A stretch of 64,000 nucleotides of DNA from an uncultured delta proteobacterium (GCA_963711395.1 CAVQEA010000006.1:26647-90646); one strand, 5' to 3'. Positions 8,955-20,338 are shown, numbered from the stretch's first letter. Notes: generated by a model not told the origin, from the sequence alone. Numbers and translations: made by a program.

Positions 8955-9763
8955 GCGGGCGGGCGCTCCTTCGCGAGGCTGCCGAGCGGCAGCACGTTCA
9001 GCTTGCCCGTCAATTCGTTGCGGTGGACGTAGACGTCGGTCTCGTACACCTCGCGGATCGTGCGGTAGTCGATTACCGCGTCCGGCGCGCCGCAGGCGAC
9101 CACTCGGCCGGCCTTCAAGAACGCGAGCCGCGTCAGATAGAGGGCCGCCAGATTGAGGTCGTGGAGCACGATCACCAGCGTGAGCGAGCGCTCCACGGAA
9201 AGCCGCGTGAGCAGCTCGAAGATCTCCACCACGTGGCGGATATCGAGAAACGTGGTCGGCTCGTCGAGCAGCAAGACCTCCGGCTCTTGCGCGAGCGCGC
9301 GGGCGATCACCACGCGCTGCTTCTCGCCCCCCGAGAGCTCGTGGAAGAAGCGCCCGGCGAGGTCGCCGACGCCGGTTTGCGCCATCGCTCGCGCCGCCGC
9401 GTCGAGATCGCGGTCGCCTTCGAAGCCGAAGCCGCCGAGGTGCGGCGCGCGACCCATGAGCACCACCTCCAGCACCGAGAAGGGAAAGTCGAGCGCCGTC
9501 TCTTGCGGCACGACGGCGACGCGGCGGGCGAGCGCGGAGGGCGAATACTCGACGAGATCCCGGCCCCCGAGCGAGATCCGGCCCTGACTCGGCCGCAACA
9601 CGCGCGACAGCAGGCGGACGAGCGTCGACTTCCCGGAGCCGGTCGGGCCGAGCACGCCGAAGCGCTCGCCGCGGTAGATCTCGAGCGACACGTCGTGGAG
9701 CACCGGCCGCTCGCGATATCCGAAGCTCACGCCGTCGAGGCGCAGCATCGCCTCGGTCGTCAC
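8951..9763 (-). CDS. btuD: Cobalamin/iron ABC transporter ATP-binding protein
   Basis: GPTGSGKST, LSGGEKQRV, LLLDEPT; context in a B12-riboswitch operon. Confidence 0.88.
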   Translation of the reverse strand: MTTEAMLRLDGVSFGYRERPVLHDVSLEIYRGERFGVLGPTGSGKSTLVRLLSRVLRPSQGRISLGGRDLVEYSPSALARRVAVVPQETALDFPFSVLEVVLMGRAPHLGGFGFEGDRDLDAAARAMAQTGVGDLAGRFFHELSGGEKQRVVIARALAQEPEVLLLDEPTTFLDIRHVVEIFELLTRLSVERSLTLVIVLHDLNLAALYLTRLAFLKAGRVVACGAPDAVIDYRTIREVYETDVYVHRNELTGKLNVLPLGSLAKERPPA

Positions 9764-10776
9764 AGTCCCCGCCCTTCCTCCTGGCGGCGCAGCAGGAACA
9801 CGAAGAACGGCCCGCCGCAAAGGGCGGTGAGCACGCCGACGGGGATCTCGGTCGGCGCCAGCAGCGTGCGCGCCGCGGCGTCGGCCCAGACGAGGAACAC
9901 CGCGCCGCCGAGAAACGAAGCCGGGATCAGCAGCCGCTGGTCGGAGCCGACCACCAGCCGCAGGCAGTGCGGAACGATGAGGCCGACGAAGCCGATGACG
10001 CCGCTCACCGAGACGGCCGCGCCGACCAGCAGCGCGGAAGCAAGAAAGCCCGACCGTCGCACGTTCGCCACGTCGGCGCCGAGCTGCGCGGCGGTCTCTT
10101 CGCCGAGCGCCAGCAGGTTGAGGCTGCGGGCTTGCGCCCAGAGCACGACGGCCGCCGCCACCGACAGCGCGCCCACGGTCGCGACCAGCGAGTAGGGCCG
10201 CTGCGCCAAGCTCCCCGACAGCCAGACGAGCACGCCCTGGGCGCGCAGCGAATCGACGAGCGCCGTCACCAGCATGATCAGCGCCGCCGCGATCGTGTTG
10301 ACGATCACGCCGACGAGCAGCAGCGAGTACGGGTTGAGTCGTCCGTGTATCGTGGAGAGCCTGACGATCACCGCGAGCGTCGCGATCGACGCCAGAAAGG
10401 CAGCGCCCGGGACGACGACCCAGGCGGGGCCGGCGACACCGAGCGCGAGCACGGCGATCGCTCCGACCGACGCGCCGCCGGAGATGCCGATCACGTCGGG
10501 GCTGGCGAGCGGATTGCGCAGCAGCGCCTGCAGCGCCGCGCCCGAGGCCGCCAGCCCGCCGCCGACGACGGCGCCGAGCAGCACCCGGGGCAAGCGGGTG
10601 CGAAACAGGATCACGAAGTCGGGATTGTCCGCGCGCGACAGATCGAGCGCTCGGCCGATGTCGACGTGCACGGCGCCGACCGTCGTCGCACCGACGATGG
10701 AGAGCGCTAGCATGACGGCCAGCATGGCGAGCACCATGCCGGCGCGCTGAGGGGTCAACCGAGCGTCGCGACGCAT
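9760..10776 (-). CDS. btuC: FecCD-family ABC permease (cobalamin)
   Basis: RLPRVLL, LQALLRNPLASP, GEETAAQLG, IGFVGLIVPH. Confidence 0.92.
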   Translation of the reverse strand: MRRDARLTPQRAGMVLAMLAVMLALSIVGATTVGAVHVDIGRALDLSRADNPDFVILFRTRLPRVLLGAVVGGGLAASGAALQALLRNPLASPDVIGISGGASVGAIAVLALGVAGPAWVVVPGAAFLASIATLAVIVRLSTIHGRLNPYSLLLVGVIVNTIAAALIMLVTALVDSLRAQGVLVWLSGSLAQRPYSLVATVGALSVAAAVVLWAQARSLNLLALGEETAAQLGADVANVRRSGFLASALLVGAAVSVSGVIGFVGLIVPHCLRLVVGSDQRLLIPASFLGGAVFLVWADAAARTLLAPTEIPVGVLTALCGGPFFVFLLRRQEEGRGL

Positions 10777-11609
10777 CAGGGCTGGCCGGCAGCGGCGGCG
10801 AATGCCTCCGGGTGAACCAACCGCGCGAGCTTCTCCAGTCCTTCGCCGACACGCGGCCCGGGCCGTAGCACTTCGTCGATGCGGATCGCATAGAGGCGCT
10901 TGGCTTTCACCGCGTCTAGGCCGAGGCCGTCGTAGAACGACAGATTGGCGCCGCTCTCGTCGCCCATGCTCGAATCGATGATCACCTCGGGCGCGCTCGA
11001 GACCAGAAACTCGACCGACAGCCGCGGCCAGCGTCCGAGCGCGGCGGCGACGTTGTGCGCGCCGGCGGCCGTGAGCAGCTCGTCGAGCAGGTTCTCGCCG
11101 CCCGCAGCGATCAACGGATTCTCGCCGACGATCAGCAGCGTGCGCCGCCGCGGCAACCCCGCCACCCGTCGGCGCACGGCGTCGACTTCGGCCGCGATGC
11201 GCGAGGCGAGCGATCGCCCCGCTTCCGAGCGCCCCGCCTCGTCGCCGATTCGCCGGATCGCGGCCTGCACGTCGGCCAGCGTCGGACCTTCCTCCACCAC
11301 CACCACGTGGAGGCCGAGCGCGACGAGCGCTTCGACCGCCTCGCGATTGCCGGGGCTCGGCACCGCGATGACCACGTCGGGGCGGTGGGCCACCACGACC
11401 TCGACGTTCGGCTTCATGTAGGAGCCCACGCGGTCGATGCGTTTCGCTTCCGCGGGATAGTCGGAGAGATCCGAGACGCCGACGACGTCGGCGCCGGCGC
11501 CGACGGCGAACAGCGTCTCGGTCACCGACGGCGCGAGCGCGACGATGCGCCGAGCCTCCCCCGCGCGGCTGCGCCGCTCGCGAGGAACGCGGTGAGCATC
11601 ATCGCGCAC
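10776..11609 (-). CDS. btuF: Cobalamin-binding periplasmic protein
   Basis: RIVALAPSVTETLFAVGAG, RPGPRV; the N-terminal signal region may be frameshifted. Confidence 0.88.
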   Translation of the reverse strand: MRDDAHRVPRERRSRAGEARRIVALAPSVTETLFAVGAGADVVGVSDLSDYPAEAKRIDRVGSYMKPNVEVVVAHRPDVVIAVPSPGNREAVEALVALGLHVVVVEEGPTLADVQAAIRRIGDEAGRSEAGRSLASRIAAEVDAVRRRVAGLPRRRTLLIVGENPLIAAGGENLLDELLTAAGAHNVAAALGRWPRLSVEFLVSSAPEVIIDSSMGDESGANLSFYDGLGLDAVKAKRLYAIRIDEVLRPGPRVGEGLEKLARLVHPEAFAAAAGQP

Positions 11610-11619
11610 GCGCGTCCCT

Positions 11620-13565
11620 TCAAAACTCCGCCCCCAGGCCCGCCAGGAAGTTGAGCGGCCGCGAGCCGAAGCCCAGCACTTCCTCGTAGTCGCTGTCGAA
11701 GAGGTTCTCGATGCGGCCGAAGATCTTCAAGCGCCTGACGATCGTTCCCGGGAGTGGCCAGTAGTACGCGATGGCGAGGTCGGCTCTTTCATAGCCCGAA
11801 TTGTTGCGGGCGGCGAAGTTTGCGGACGGGTCGAAGTCCTGGCGGTCGCCGATGACCAAGAGGCGCGTGTCGACGGTGAGCAGGTCGCCGCCCTGGAAGA
11901 GCGCGTGGCGCTCCACACTCATGTACACGGATCCGCTGTTCTTCGGCTTGCGCACCCGGCCGTCTATCGAAGCGTCGATGTTGAGATACGTGTATTCGCC
12001 GCCGAGGCGAATGCCCGGGATCAGCTCCGCGTCCAGTACCGCCTCGGCGCCGTCCACGGTCGATTGGCCGACGTTCTCGGCGAGGAAGAGTCCGCTCTCC
12101 TGCGGCACCCCCACGATCAAGTCGTTCACATGGCGATGGAAGTAGGTGGCGGAGACGAGCACTTGCTCGCCAACACAGTGGTTGATCGAAGCCGGCGTCG
12201 ACCTCCCAGCTGTGCTCGGCGTCGAGATCGGGATTGCCGAACCCCGGAAAGAACAGCTGATTGAGCGACGGCGCTTTGAAGCCCTGCGCGTACGTCGCGC
12301 GCAGCCGCGTCTGCGTGGCGGCGAAGAGGTAGCTTACGCCCCCGGACGGGCTGACGGCGAGCCCGAAGCGCTGGTTGTCGTCGACGCGAACGCCGCCCGT
12401 CAGCACCAGGCGTCGATCGACGAGGAAGAGCTGGTGGAGGGTGTAGCCCGCGAGGTTGCCCACGCTATCGTCGAAGCTCGAGCTGAAATCGCCGAAGGTC
12501 GGATCGGTCGTCAGCGAGTCGGCGTCGCCGAACTGGTTCTCGTACTCCAAGCCGAACGTGCTCTCCGCCTTGCCGCGGAGCCAGGTGAGCGTGGCGTTGC
12601 CGTCGCCCCCCATCGTCCTCGAAAGGAACTCCGAGGTCGTCGAGCTGGTCTCCGCAACGTCTGCGGGGTCGTCGAAATGCTGGTCGTCGCGGGCATACGA
12701 GAACGCGAAGCTGTAGCGCAACGCCTCGAGCGGCGAATGCGCCCAGCTCGCGCGCACGACGTCGTAGCGATCCTCCTGCCGGGCGTTGGGATCGGGTGCC
12801 GCGAGGAAGTTGTTGCTGTCGACGTTGCCGAAATCGGACTTGCCGATGCGAAAGACCACCTGGGCGCTGCCGTTCTCGACGAGATCCGCATCGAGCCGTC
12901 CGTTCACCACCGTGTTCTCGTAGTCGTCGTTCTCCGACTTGAAGCCGTCGGTGTGGATGTGCGAGACGGCCGCGGAGTACGAGACGATCCCGGTCTGGCC
13001 CGCGAACTCGCCCACCTCGCGGTCGGTCGAGCCGTTGCCGCCCGCGGCCGAGATCGCTCCGTGCGGCGGACCCTCGCCGCGGCGCGTGAAGATCTGGATG
13101 ACGCCGCCGACGGCTTCCGAGCCGTAGAGCGTGCCGCCCCAGCCGCGCAGCACCTCGATGCGGTCGATGTTCTCCGGCGTGAGCTGCGAGAAATCGTAGG
13201 CGCCGAGCGTGGTGCTGTTGACGCGCACGCCGTCGATCAGCACCAGCACCTGATCGGCATCGGCGCCGCGTATCTGCACCGCCGTCACCGACCCGCGCGA
13301 GCCGCTCTCGATGACGTTGACCCCCGGCACCTGGCGCAGCGCGTCGGCGACCGTGACCACCTGCTTCTGCTCGAGCTCCTTCCCCGTGACCACCGTGATC
13401 GACGGCGCCGTCTCGACGATGCGCTGCTCGGACCGCGTCGGGGACACCACGAGCGTGTCCATGTCCAGCTCCGTCACCGGCTTCTGCGCGCCGTCATCCG
13501 CTCGCGCCGACGCCGCGACCAAGGCGACGGCCGCCGCCACAGCCCAACTTGCCGATCTTCTTCAT
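11620..13565 (-). CDS. btuB: TonB-dependent cobalamin receptor (frameshifted near 13540 and 12170)
   Basis: TonB box DTLVVS, plug motif IDRIEVLRG...LYGSEAVGGVIQI, terminal Phe (GLGAEF); first gene after the riboswitch. Confidence 0.9.
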
Positions 13566-13744
13566 CGATCCCCCTCGGGCTCATGGCCGGAGCCACGGCG
13601 AACCGATCGGGGGAACGGCAGACGAAGCGATCCCTCGGCAAAACGATGAAGCGCTGAGATTTTGCGAGATCACCCTGCCACCTTCCCCTGCGGAAGGTTC
13701 GCCGGCTCGCTGACGCGTGGACGTCAACGGGCTTCCGGCAGCGC

Positions 13745-13935
13745 CGGTCAGGCAGGTCTCCTGGCTCGGGCATCAGCCGAGGCCGAGCGGCCTTCCCATC
13801 CTCGATGCGAGGACAGTGACCCTTGGTTTGCTCGCCTCGTCCGCCCTTACAGTTGCGGGGCAGCGCCGGATTCCCACCGGCTTCCCTTTTCCCGCTCCCG
13901 AGCCCCATCGGCTCGGGGACGGCGACCTGACCGCT
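13745..13935 (-). promoter_or_regulatory. Cobalamin (AdoCbl) riboswitch
   Basis: Minus strand has AAAAGGGAAGCCGGTGGGAATCCGGCGCTGCCCCGCAACTGTAA, GTCACTG...GGGAAGG and the B12 box GAGCCAGGAGACCTGCC, upstream of btuB. Confidence 0.95.
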
Positions 13936-13978
13936 ATGTGGGCAGATGGTTTAGGGGGCCGCAAGGCAGGCTGTCAAG

Positions 13979-14070
13979 GAGGGGACGTTCCTACCTTTGT
14001 TACGTTTCTCCGAGTCACGGACTGCACCCATGGGCCCCGAGAAACGTAACAAAGGTAGGAACGTCCCCTC
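13979..14070. repeat. 32-bp perfect inverted repeat (REP/MITE-like element, copy 1)
   Basis: GAGGGGACGTTCCTACCTTTGTTACGTTTCTC at 13979-14010 and its reverse complement at 14039-14070, with a 28-nt spacer. Confidence 0.9.
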
Positions 14071-15573
14071 TCATTTCCCGCGCAGCAGCGAGCCGAACAC
14101 GCCGCGGAGGATCTGCCGGCCGAGCTGGCTACCCGCGGCGCGCGCCGCGCTCTTCGCGACCACGTCGATCATCCCTTCGTGGCGCCCGCCGCGCGGTCCC
14201 GTCGTCCCGAAGAGCACGTCTCGAAGCACGCTTCCGCCACCGCCCGGCGCGCTCGCACCCGTACCGGCCGGCGCCGGCCCCGCCGTGGTCTGCGCTTCCG
14301 CCCGACCCTTGAGCTTCTCGTAGGCGGATTCTCGATCGACCGCCTGCTCGTAGTGGCCGCGGAGCGCCGAGCCGGCGATGATCGCAGCCCGCTCGTCGGC
14401 ACCGATCGCCCCGATGTGGCCCCGCGGCGGACAGACCTTGGCGCGCTCGACCACGCCAGGCCGGCCCTTGTCGTCGAGCAGCGACACCAGCGCCTCTCCC
14501 ACGCCGAGCTCGGTGATGGTCTGTTCGACGTCGAGAGCGGGATTCGGCCGCAGCGTCTGCGCCGCCGCGCGCACGGCCTTCTGATCGCGCGGCGTGAACG
14601 CGCGCAGCGCGTGCTGCACGCGGTTGCCGAGCTGGCTGAGCACCGCATCGGGGACGTCGAGCGGATTCTGCGTCACGAAGTATACGCCCGACACCCTTGG
14701 AGCGGATGAGCCGCACGGCCTGCTCTATCTTCTCCTGTAGGGCCTGCGGCGCGTCCTTGAACAGCAGGTGCGCCTCGTCGAAGAACACCACGAGCTTCGG
14801 CTTGTCGCGATCGCCGACCTCCGGCAGCCGCTCGAAGAGCTCGGCGAGCAGCCAGATGAGCACCGTCGCGTACATCATCGGCCGCTGGTAGAGCTCGTCG
14901 GCGGCGAGCAAGTTGACGACGCCCTTCCCCGACGCGTCGGTCTGCATGAGGTCGTCGATGTCGAGCGCCGGCTCGCCGAAGAGCTTCTCGCCGCCTTGCT
15001 GCTCGAGCGACAGGAACCCGCGCTGGATCGCGCCGATCGACGCCACCGAGATGTTGCCGTAGGCGGTGGTGAGCGCCTTGGCGTTGTCGCCGACGAACTG
15101 CACCATGGCGCGGAGATCCTTGAGATCGAGCAGCAAGAGCCCGTTGTCGTCCGCGACCTTGAAGACAAGCGTCAAGCACCGCCGACTGCGTGTCGTTCAG
15201 GTTGAGCAGGCGAGCAAGCAGCAGCGGCCCCATGTCGGAGATCGTCGTCCTCACGGGATGGCCGCTCTTGCCGAACACGTCCCAGAAGACCGCCGGCGAG
15301 GCCGAGGGTGCGTAGCCCTCGATCCCGAGCTGCTTGGCGCGCTCGGCGACCTTCGGATCGTCGCCTCCAGGCTTTGGCGATGCCCGAAAGATCGCCCTTG
15401 ACGTCGGGAGCGAACACCGGCACCCCGATCCGCGAGAAGCCCTCGGCCAGCACCTGCAGCGACACCGTCTTGCCGGTTCCCGTCGCGCCCGCGACCAGCC
15501 CGTGGCGATTCGCCATCTGCGGCAACAGGCAGAGATCGTGCTCGGCCTTGGCAACCAGGATCGGATCGGCCAT
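14071..15573 (-). CDS. DUF853/YjgR HerA-like P-loop ATPase (frameshifted)
   Basis: [54 protein letters not shown] across several frames. Confidence 0.9.
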
Positions 15574-15678
15574 CGCTTCGCCTCCTCGGGCGTCATCGCC
15601 GCTATCACAGCGCGCAACGGCGACCCACTATCTATCTCATGCTCTGCGTCAGGGGACGGATTCCCCACCGTAGTCGCA

Positions 15679-17079
15679 CTAGAACTCCGCGTAGCCCGGC
15701 ACGCGCGGGAATGGCACCACGTCGCGGATGTTCTGCATGCCGGTGATGAACTGCACGGCGCGCTCGAAGCCGAGCCCGAAGCCCGCGTGCGGCACCGAGC
15801 CGTGGCGGCGCAGATCGAGATACCACCAGTAGTCGGCCACCCGCAGCCCGCACTCGACGAGCCGCCGCTCGAGAACGTCGGCCCGGTCCTCGCGCTGCGA
15901 GCCGCCGATGATCTCGCCGATGCGCGGCACCAGCACGTCCATCGCACGCACGGTACGGTCGTCGTCGTTGACGTACATGTAGAAGGCCTTGATCGCTTTC
16001 GGGTAGTCGGTGACCACCACCGGCCGCTTGACGTGCTCCTCGGTGAGGAAGCGCTCGTGCTCGCTCTGCAGGTCCTTGCCCCACTCCACCGGGAACTCGA
16101 ACGCTTTGCCGCTCCGCGCGAGGATGTCGACGGCCTCGGCGTAGGTGAGGTGCGCGAACGGCGACGCGACGATGTGCTCGAGCGTCTCGACGGCGGACTT
16201 GTCGATGCGCTCGGCGAAAAACTTCATGTCGTCCTCGCACTCGTCGAGCACGGCGCGGAACAGGTGCTTCAGGAACGCCTCGGCGAGCTCCATGTTGCCC
16301 GCGAGGTCGCAGAACGCCATCTCGGGCTCCACCATCCAGAACTCGGCGAGGTGGCGGCTGGTGTTGGAGTTCTCGGCGCGGAACGTCGGCCCGAACGTGT
16401 ACACGTTGCCGAGCGCGAGCGCGGCGATCTCGGCCTCGAGCTGCCCGGACACCGTGAGGCGCGCCTCGCGGCCGAAGAAGTCGCGCGTGAAGTCGACGGC
16501 GCCGGCGCCGTCGCGCGGCGGCGAGGCGGCATCGAGCGTCGAGACGCGAAACATCTCGCCCGCTCCTTCGCAGTCCGAGGCGGTGATGATCGGCGCGTTG
16601 AGCTCGACGAAGCCGCGGCCCTCGAAGAAGCCGCGAATCGCCCGCGCGGCCGCGTCGCGCACGCGCAGCACGGCCCCGAACGTGTTGGTGCGCGTGCGCA
16701 GGTGCGCGATGGTGCGCAGGAACTCGAACGAATGCCGCTTCTTCTGCAGCGGGTAGTCGGAGCCGACGTCGCCCACCAACGCGACGCGCGCGGCGCGGAT
16801 CTCGAAGCGCTGTTCCTTGCCGGGCGAATCCACGAGCTCACCCTCGACCACCACCGCGCTCCCCGCCTGCAAGTGCCGCACCTCGGTCTCGTAGTTCGCG
16901 AGCGCGGGCTCCGCGATCGCCTGGATGCCGGCGAAGCACGAGCCGTCGGAGATCTCCAGGAACGAGATGCCCTTGGCGTGCCGTGCGGTTTTCAGCCACC
17001 CGCGAACCGTGACGCTGCCGCCCGCTTTCGGTCGGGCGAGCACCGCCTTGACGCGCTCTTCGGGTGGCAGCGGGCCCAT
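15679..17079 (-). CDS. asnS: Asparagine--tRNA ligase
   Basis: [54 protein letters not shown]. Confidence 0.97.
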   Translation of the reverse strand: MGPLPPEERVKAVLARPKAGGSVTVRGWLKTARHAKGISFLEISDGSCFAGIQAIAEPALANYETEVRHLQAGSAVVVEGELVDSPGKEQRFEIRAARVALVGDVGSDYPLQKKRHSFEFLRTIAHLRTRTNTFGAVLRVRDAAARAIRGFFEGRGFVELNAPIITASDCEGAGEMFRVSTLDAASPPRDGAGAVDFTRDFFGREARLTVSGQLEAEIAALALGNVYTFGPTFRAENSNTSRHLAEFWMVEPEMAFCDLAGNMELAEAFLKHLFRAVLDECEDDMKFFAERIDKSAVETLEHIVASPFAHLTYAEAVDILARSGKAFEFPVEWGKDLQSEHERFLTEEHVKRPVVVTDYPKAIKAFYMYVNDDDRTVRAMDVLVPRIGEIIGGSQREDRADVLERRLVECGLRVADYWWYLDLRRHGSVPHAGFGLGFERAVQFITGMQNIRDVVPFPRVPGYAEF

Positions 17080-17221
17080 GTCGCGGACCCAAGCATGCCG
17101 AAGGGCGGCGGATTTGCAACGTCGCGCGACGGCCCGACTCGGCCCGTCGGGGTTTCGTGGAGCTCGTCTCCGCCGCTAAGCTACGGAATCGAGCGCCGTC
17201 ATTCGAATCCGAGGAGGTGCA

Positions 17222-17788
17222 ATGCCGAGGTGCCCGAGCTGCGGTTTCGACGTCTCTCCCGCGCTGCGTAGCTGCGGCGTCTGCCACGCCGATCTCGGCT
17301 CCGCGGCCCGGAAGTCGGGGTTTTCCCTTCGCTCGCTGCTCGGCTCGCTTCTCGAGAAGCTCCGTAGCGGCGAGAAGCACACGATCGCGACCGAGCACCA
17401 CGGCGAGCTCACGGCGCGGCGGTGGACCCCCGACAAGCAGATGCTCTGGGAGGGCGCGATCGCGCGCCCGGGACGAAGCACGCCGCTCAAGATCGCCCTC
17501 TGGGGCGGCCGCACCGGGCCGGCGGCGAAGGAAATCGCCTTCCTCGATCGATTGCTGAGCGACCTCGGGCGGCTGGAAGAGCTCGCGCAGAAGGCGCTCG
17601 CCGACTCTCCCGAGCGCGACAAGTGGCCCGAATCGGCACGTGGCGCTACGTTCACTCTCGACGGGCTTCAGGCCGACGAAGACGACGAAGGGATCTTCGT
17701 GCTGATCTTCACGTCCCCGCAAGACCCCGAGTCCGAGTACTTCGTCGACTTCTCCGGCGGGACCGTCGAGGGCGTTTCTCGATACTAG
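17222..17788 (+). CDS. Hypothetical protein with N-terminal zinc ribbon
   Basis: CPSC...CGVC at the N-terminus; GGAGG RBS upstream. Confidence 0.7.
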   Translation: MPRCPSCGFDVSPALRSCGVCHADLGSAARKSGFSLRSLLGSLLEKLRSGEKHTIATEHHGELTARRWTPDKQMLWEGAIARPGRSTPLKIALWGGRTGPAAKEIAFLDRLLSDLGRLEELAQKALADSPERDKWPESARGATFTLDGLQADEDDEGIFVLIFTSPQDPESEYFVDFSGGTVEGVSRY

Positions 17789-17798
17789 ACGACCCTGA

Positions 17799-18284
17799 CT
17801 AGGGACCGTACGGCGTGCCGTCCTTGTGGACGAAGCGCCACTTGCCATCCACGAGCCGAGCCTCCAGATCGTCGTCGGGATACGTCCCCTCGTCCCCGGG
17901 CGTTCGGTCGCCGATCTCGAGGTAGACGACCTCCTCCGCGGTCTCGTTGATCAGGTGATGACCGTTCCCCGTCCCCGCCTTGAAGCCCGCGCACACGCCC
18001 GGCGAGAGTTGCGTGCGACCATCGTCGGTGCGGAGCGTGGGGCGGCCCTGCAAGACGTAGATGAACTCGTCCTGCTTCGAGTGCGCGTGGCGAAGGGACG
18101 ACACCGAGCCCGGAGCGAGACGAGTCAGGTTGACGCCGAAGTTCGTGAGACCGAACAGGTCGCCGAGCGGCCGCTTCTCTCGGCCCGCCATTCGCGAGGC
18201 GAAGGGTTGCGGGTAGTTCGAAGGCCGCGTGCGTGGCGGAGCACTGGCGGCGTCGATGGCGACGGGGCTTTTCGGTTCGGGCAT
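17799..18284 (-). CDS. Cupin-domain protein
   Basis: LGDLFGLTNFGVNL, HAHSKQDEFIYVLQG, NGHHLIN. Confidence 0.9.
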   Translation of the reverse strand: MPEPKSPVAIDAASAPPRTRPSNYPQPFASRMAGREKRPLGDLFGLTNFGVNLTRLAPGSVSSLRHAHSKQDEFIYVLQGRPTLRTDDGRTQLSPGVCAGFKAGTGNGHHLINETAEEVVYLEIGDRTPGDEGTYPDDDLEARLVDGKWRFVHKDGTPYGP

Positions 18285-18355
18285 CGAAACCTCCTCGGCT
18301 CGGAGAGGCGAGGATACCGGGGAGCCGTCGGATACGATATCCCTGGACGTCCGCG

Positions 18356-18835
18356 ATGACCCTCCTCCTCTGGCTACTCGCCATCGTTCTGGTGATCGTC
18401 GGGCTGGCGGGGGTCGTGCTGCCGGGACTGCCCGGGCACCTGCTGATCCTCGCCGGGCTCGTGCTCGCGGCGTGGGCCGACGGATTCGCGCGGGTCGGGA
18501 TGCCGACGCTTGCAGTCATCGGCGCGCTCGCGCTGGCGAGCTACGTGATCGACTTCCTCGCGACCGTGCTGGGCGCCCGCCACATCGGCGCCAGCACTCG
18601 CGCGATGACCGGTGCCGCCCTCGGCACGCTGCTCGGCGTGTTCATGGGTCTACCCGGAATGATCGTCGGACCTTTTCTCGGCGCCGTGCTCGGCGAGCTC
18701 ACCGTTCGCGGAGACCTGCTCCAGGCAGGCAAGGCGGGCGTGGCCGCGTGGATCGGCTTCGCCGTCGGTACGGCGGTCAAGGTCGCCACCGCCTTCGTGA
18801 TGATCGCCGTCTTCCTGGCCGCGATCGCACTCTGA
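18356..18835 (+). CDS. DUF456 (YqgC-like) membrane protein
   Basis: GLAGVVLPGLPG, GPFLGAVLGE; all-TM composition. Confidence 0.85.
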   Translation: MTLLLWLLAIVLVIVGLAGVVLPGLPGHLLILAGLVLAAWADGFARVGMPTLAVIGALALASYVIDFLATVLGARHIGASTRAMTGAALGTLLGVFMGLPGMIVGPFLGAVLGELTVRGDLLQAGKAGVAAWIGFAVGTAVKVATAFVMIAVFLAAIAL

Positions 18836-18877
18836 TCCGCGCGGCGTGCGGACCGCGGCTCGCCGCCCTCGAGCCCG

Positions 18878-19264
18878 CTACGCCCAGGCCGCGTCGAGCG
18901 CATAGAGATCCTCCGGGTACTCGCGGAACTCGGCGAGCCGGCCGTCCTCGATGCGGTAGATGTGCGCCGTGCGATAGATGTGGGCTCGGCCCTTCCGTTG
19001 GAACTCGTGCTCGGCCAGGACGAGGCCGCGACGATCGTTGGCGACCACGTCGAGGACGGTCTCACGGAACGTGCCGCCGCAGAGCTCCATGAGTCGACCG
19101 ATGAAGGATTTGAATTGTGCGCGCGTGTGAGTGCCCGACATCGGCGTGCGGCCCGGCACGTGAAAGACGATGGTGTCCGTGCAGTGCTGCAGGTACCCGT
19201 CGAGATCCCCGCGGGAAAATGCGGCGTAGGCGTTGCGCAGAACGTCTTCGTTGCGGTGTGACAT
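18878..19264 (-). CDS. NTF2/SnoaL-like protein
   Basis: YAAFSRGDL, FHVPGRTPMSG, HIYRIEDGRLAEF. Confidence 0.85.
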   Translation of the reverse strand: MSHRNEDVLRNAYAAFSRGDLDGYLQHCTDTIVFHVPGRTPMSGTHTRAQFKSFIGRLMELCGGTFRETVLDVVANDRRGLVLAEHEFQRKGRAHIYRTAHIYRIEDGRLAEFREYPEDLYALDAAWA

Positions 19265-19357
19265 CGAGGCCTCCTTGGCACGTTTGCAAATGGATCTTTG
19301 CCGCCATGTTCGATAGAAAATCGCCCGGCGACAAGCCAGAGGAGGCAGGAGCGGAAC

Positions 19358-20308
19358 ATGGCTCGATTTCGGAGCGCGTTGCCTCAGCTCGGCGGCGGGC
19401 TCTTCCTCACCGACGGTGGCATCGAGACGACGCTCATCTTCCTCGAAGGGCTCGAGCTGCCGGATTTCGCCGCCTTCCATCTACTCAGGCGCCCCGAGGG
19501 CGTAGCCGCTCTGCGCAAGTATTTCCGCACCTATGCCGCGCTGGCGGAGCGCTTCGGCGCGGGTCTGATCCTCGAGAGCGCCACCTGGCGCGCGAGCACG
19601 GATTGGGGGGCGCGGCTCGGCTATTCGCAGCACGCCCTGGCGGAGGCGAACCGCCAGGCGATCCGCCTGCTCGAAGAGATCCGCGACGAACGGAGGACCG
19701 ACTCGAAGGAAGTCGTCATCAGCGGCTGCATCGGCCCGCGCGGAGACGGATACGTGCCGGCGCAGGCGATGTCCGCAGACGAGGCGCAAGCGTACCACCG
19801 CCGGCAGGTCGAAACGTTCGCGGCCACCGCCGCCGACATGGTGACGGCGATCACCATGAACTACGCGGAGGAGGCCGTCGGAATCGCCAGAGCGGCCGAA
19901 GCGGCCGGCATGCCGGTCGCGCTGTCGTTCACGGTGGAGACCGATGGCCGGCTCCCGACCGGCCAGGCGCTTGGCCAGGCGATCGAGCAGGTCGATGCCG
20001 CGACCGCCGGCTATCCGTCCTACTACATGATCAATTGCGCGCACCCCACGCACTTCGAGGGCGTCCTCGCCGCCGCCGAACCGTGGACGCAGAGGATCCG
20101 GGGACTGCGCGCCAATGCCTCGTGCAAGAGCCACGCCGAGCTGAACGATTCCGCCGAGCTCGACGTCGGCGATCCGGACGAGCTCGGCGAGCAGCACGCC
20201 GCGCTCAAGCGGCGCCTGCCGCAGCTCTGCGTGATGGGCGGCTGCTGCGGCACCGACCACCGTCACGTCGAGCGCATCGCCGCGGCGTGCTCACCGCTGT
20301 TTCGCTAG
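19358..20308 (+). CDS. Homocysteine S-methyltransferase family protein
   Basis: LTDGGIET, GPRGDGY, INCAHP, Zn-binding GGCCGT. Confidence 0.92.
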   Translation: MARFRSALPQLGGGLFLTDGGIETTLIFLEGLELPDFAAFHLLRRPEGVAALRKYFRTYAALAERFGAGLILESATWRASTDWGARLGYSQHALAEANRQAIRLLEEIRDERRTDSKEVVISGCIGPRGDGYVPAQAMSADEAQAYHRRQVETFAATAADMVTAITMNYAEEAVGIARAAEAAGMPVALSFTVETDGRLPTGQALGQAIEQVDAATAGYPSYYMINCAHPTHFEGVLAAAEPWTQRIRGLRANASCKSHAELNDSAELDVGDPDELGEQHAALKRRLPQLCVMGGCCGTDHRHVERIAAACSPLFR

Positions 20309-20338
20309 CCCCTCCACGAGATCAGGGCCCGAGCCTCG

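Noticed and set aside
15334-17271. Long antisense ORFs (645 aa opposite asnS, and similar ones elsewhere)
   Set aside because: Shadow ORFs are expected in high-GC DNA; they show no recognisable motifs and overlap well-supported genes.
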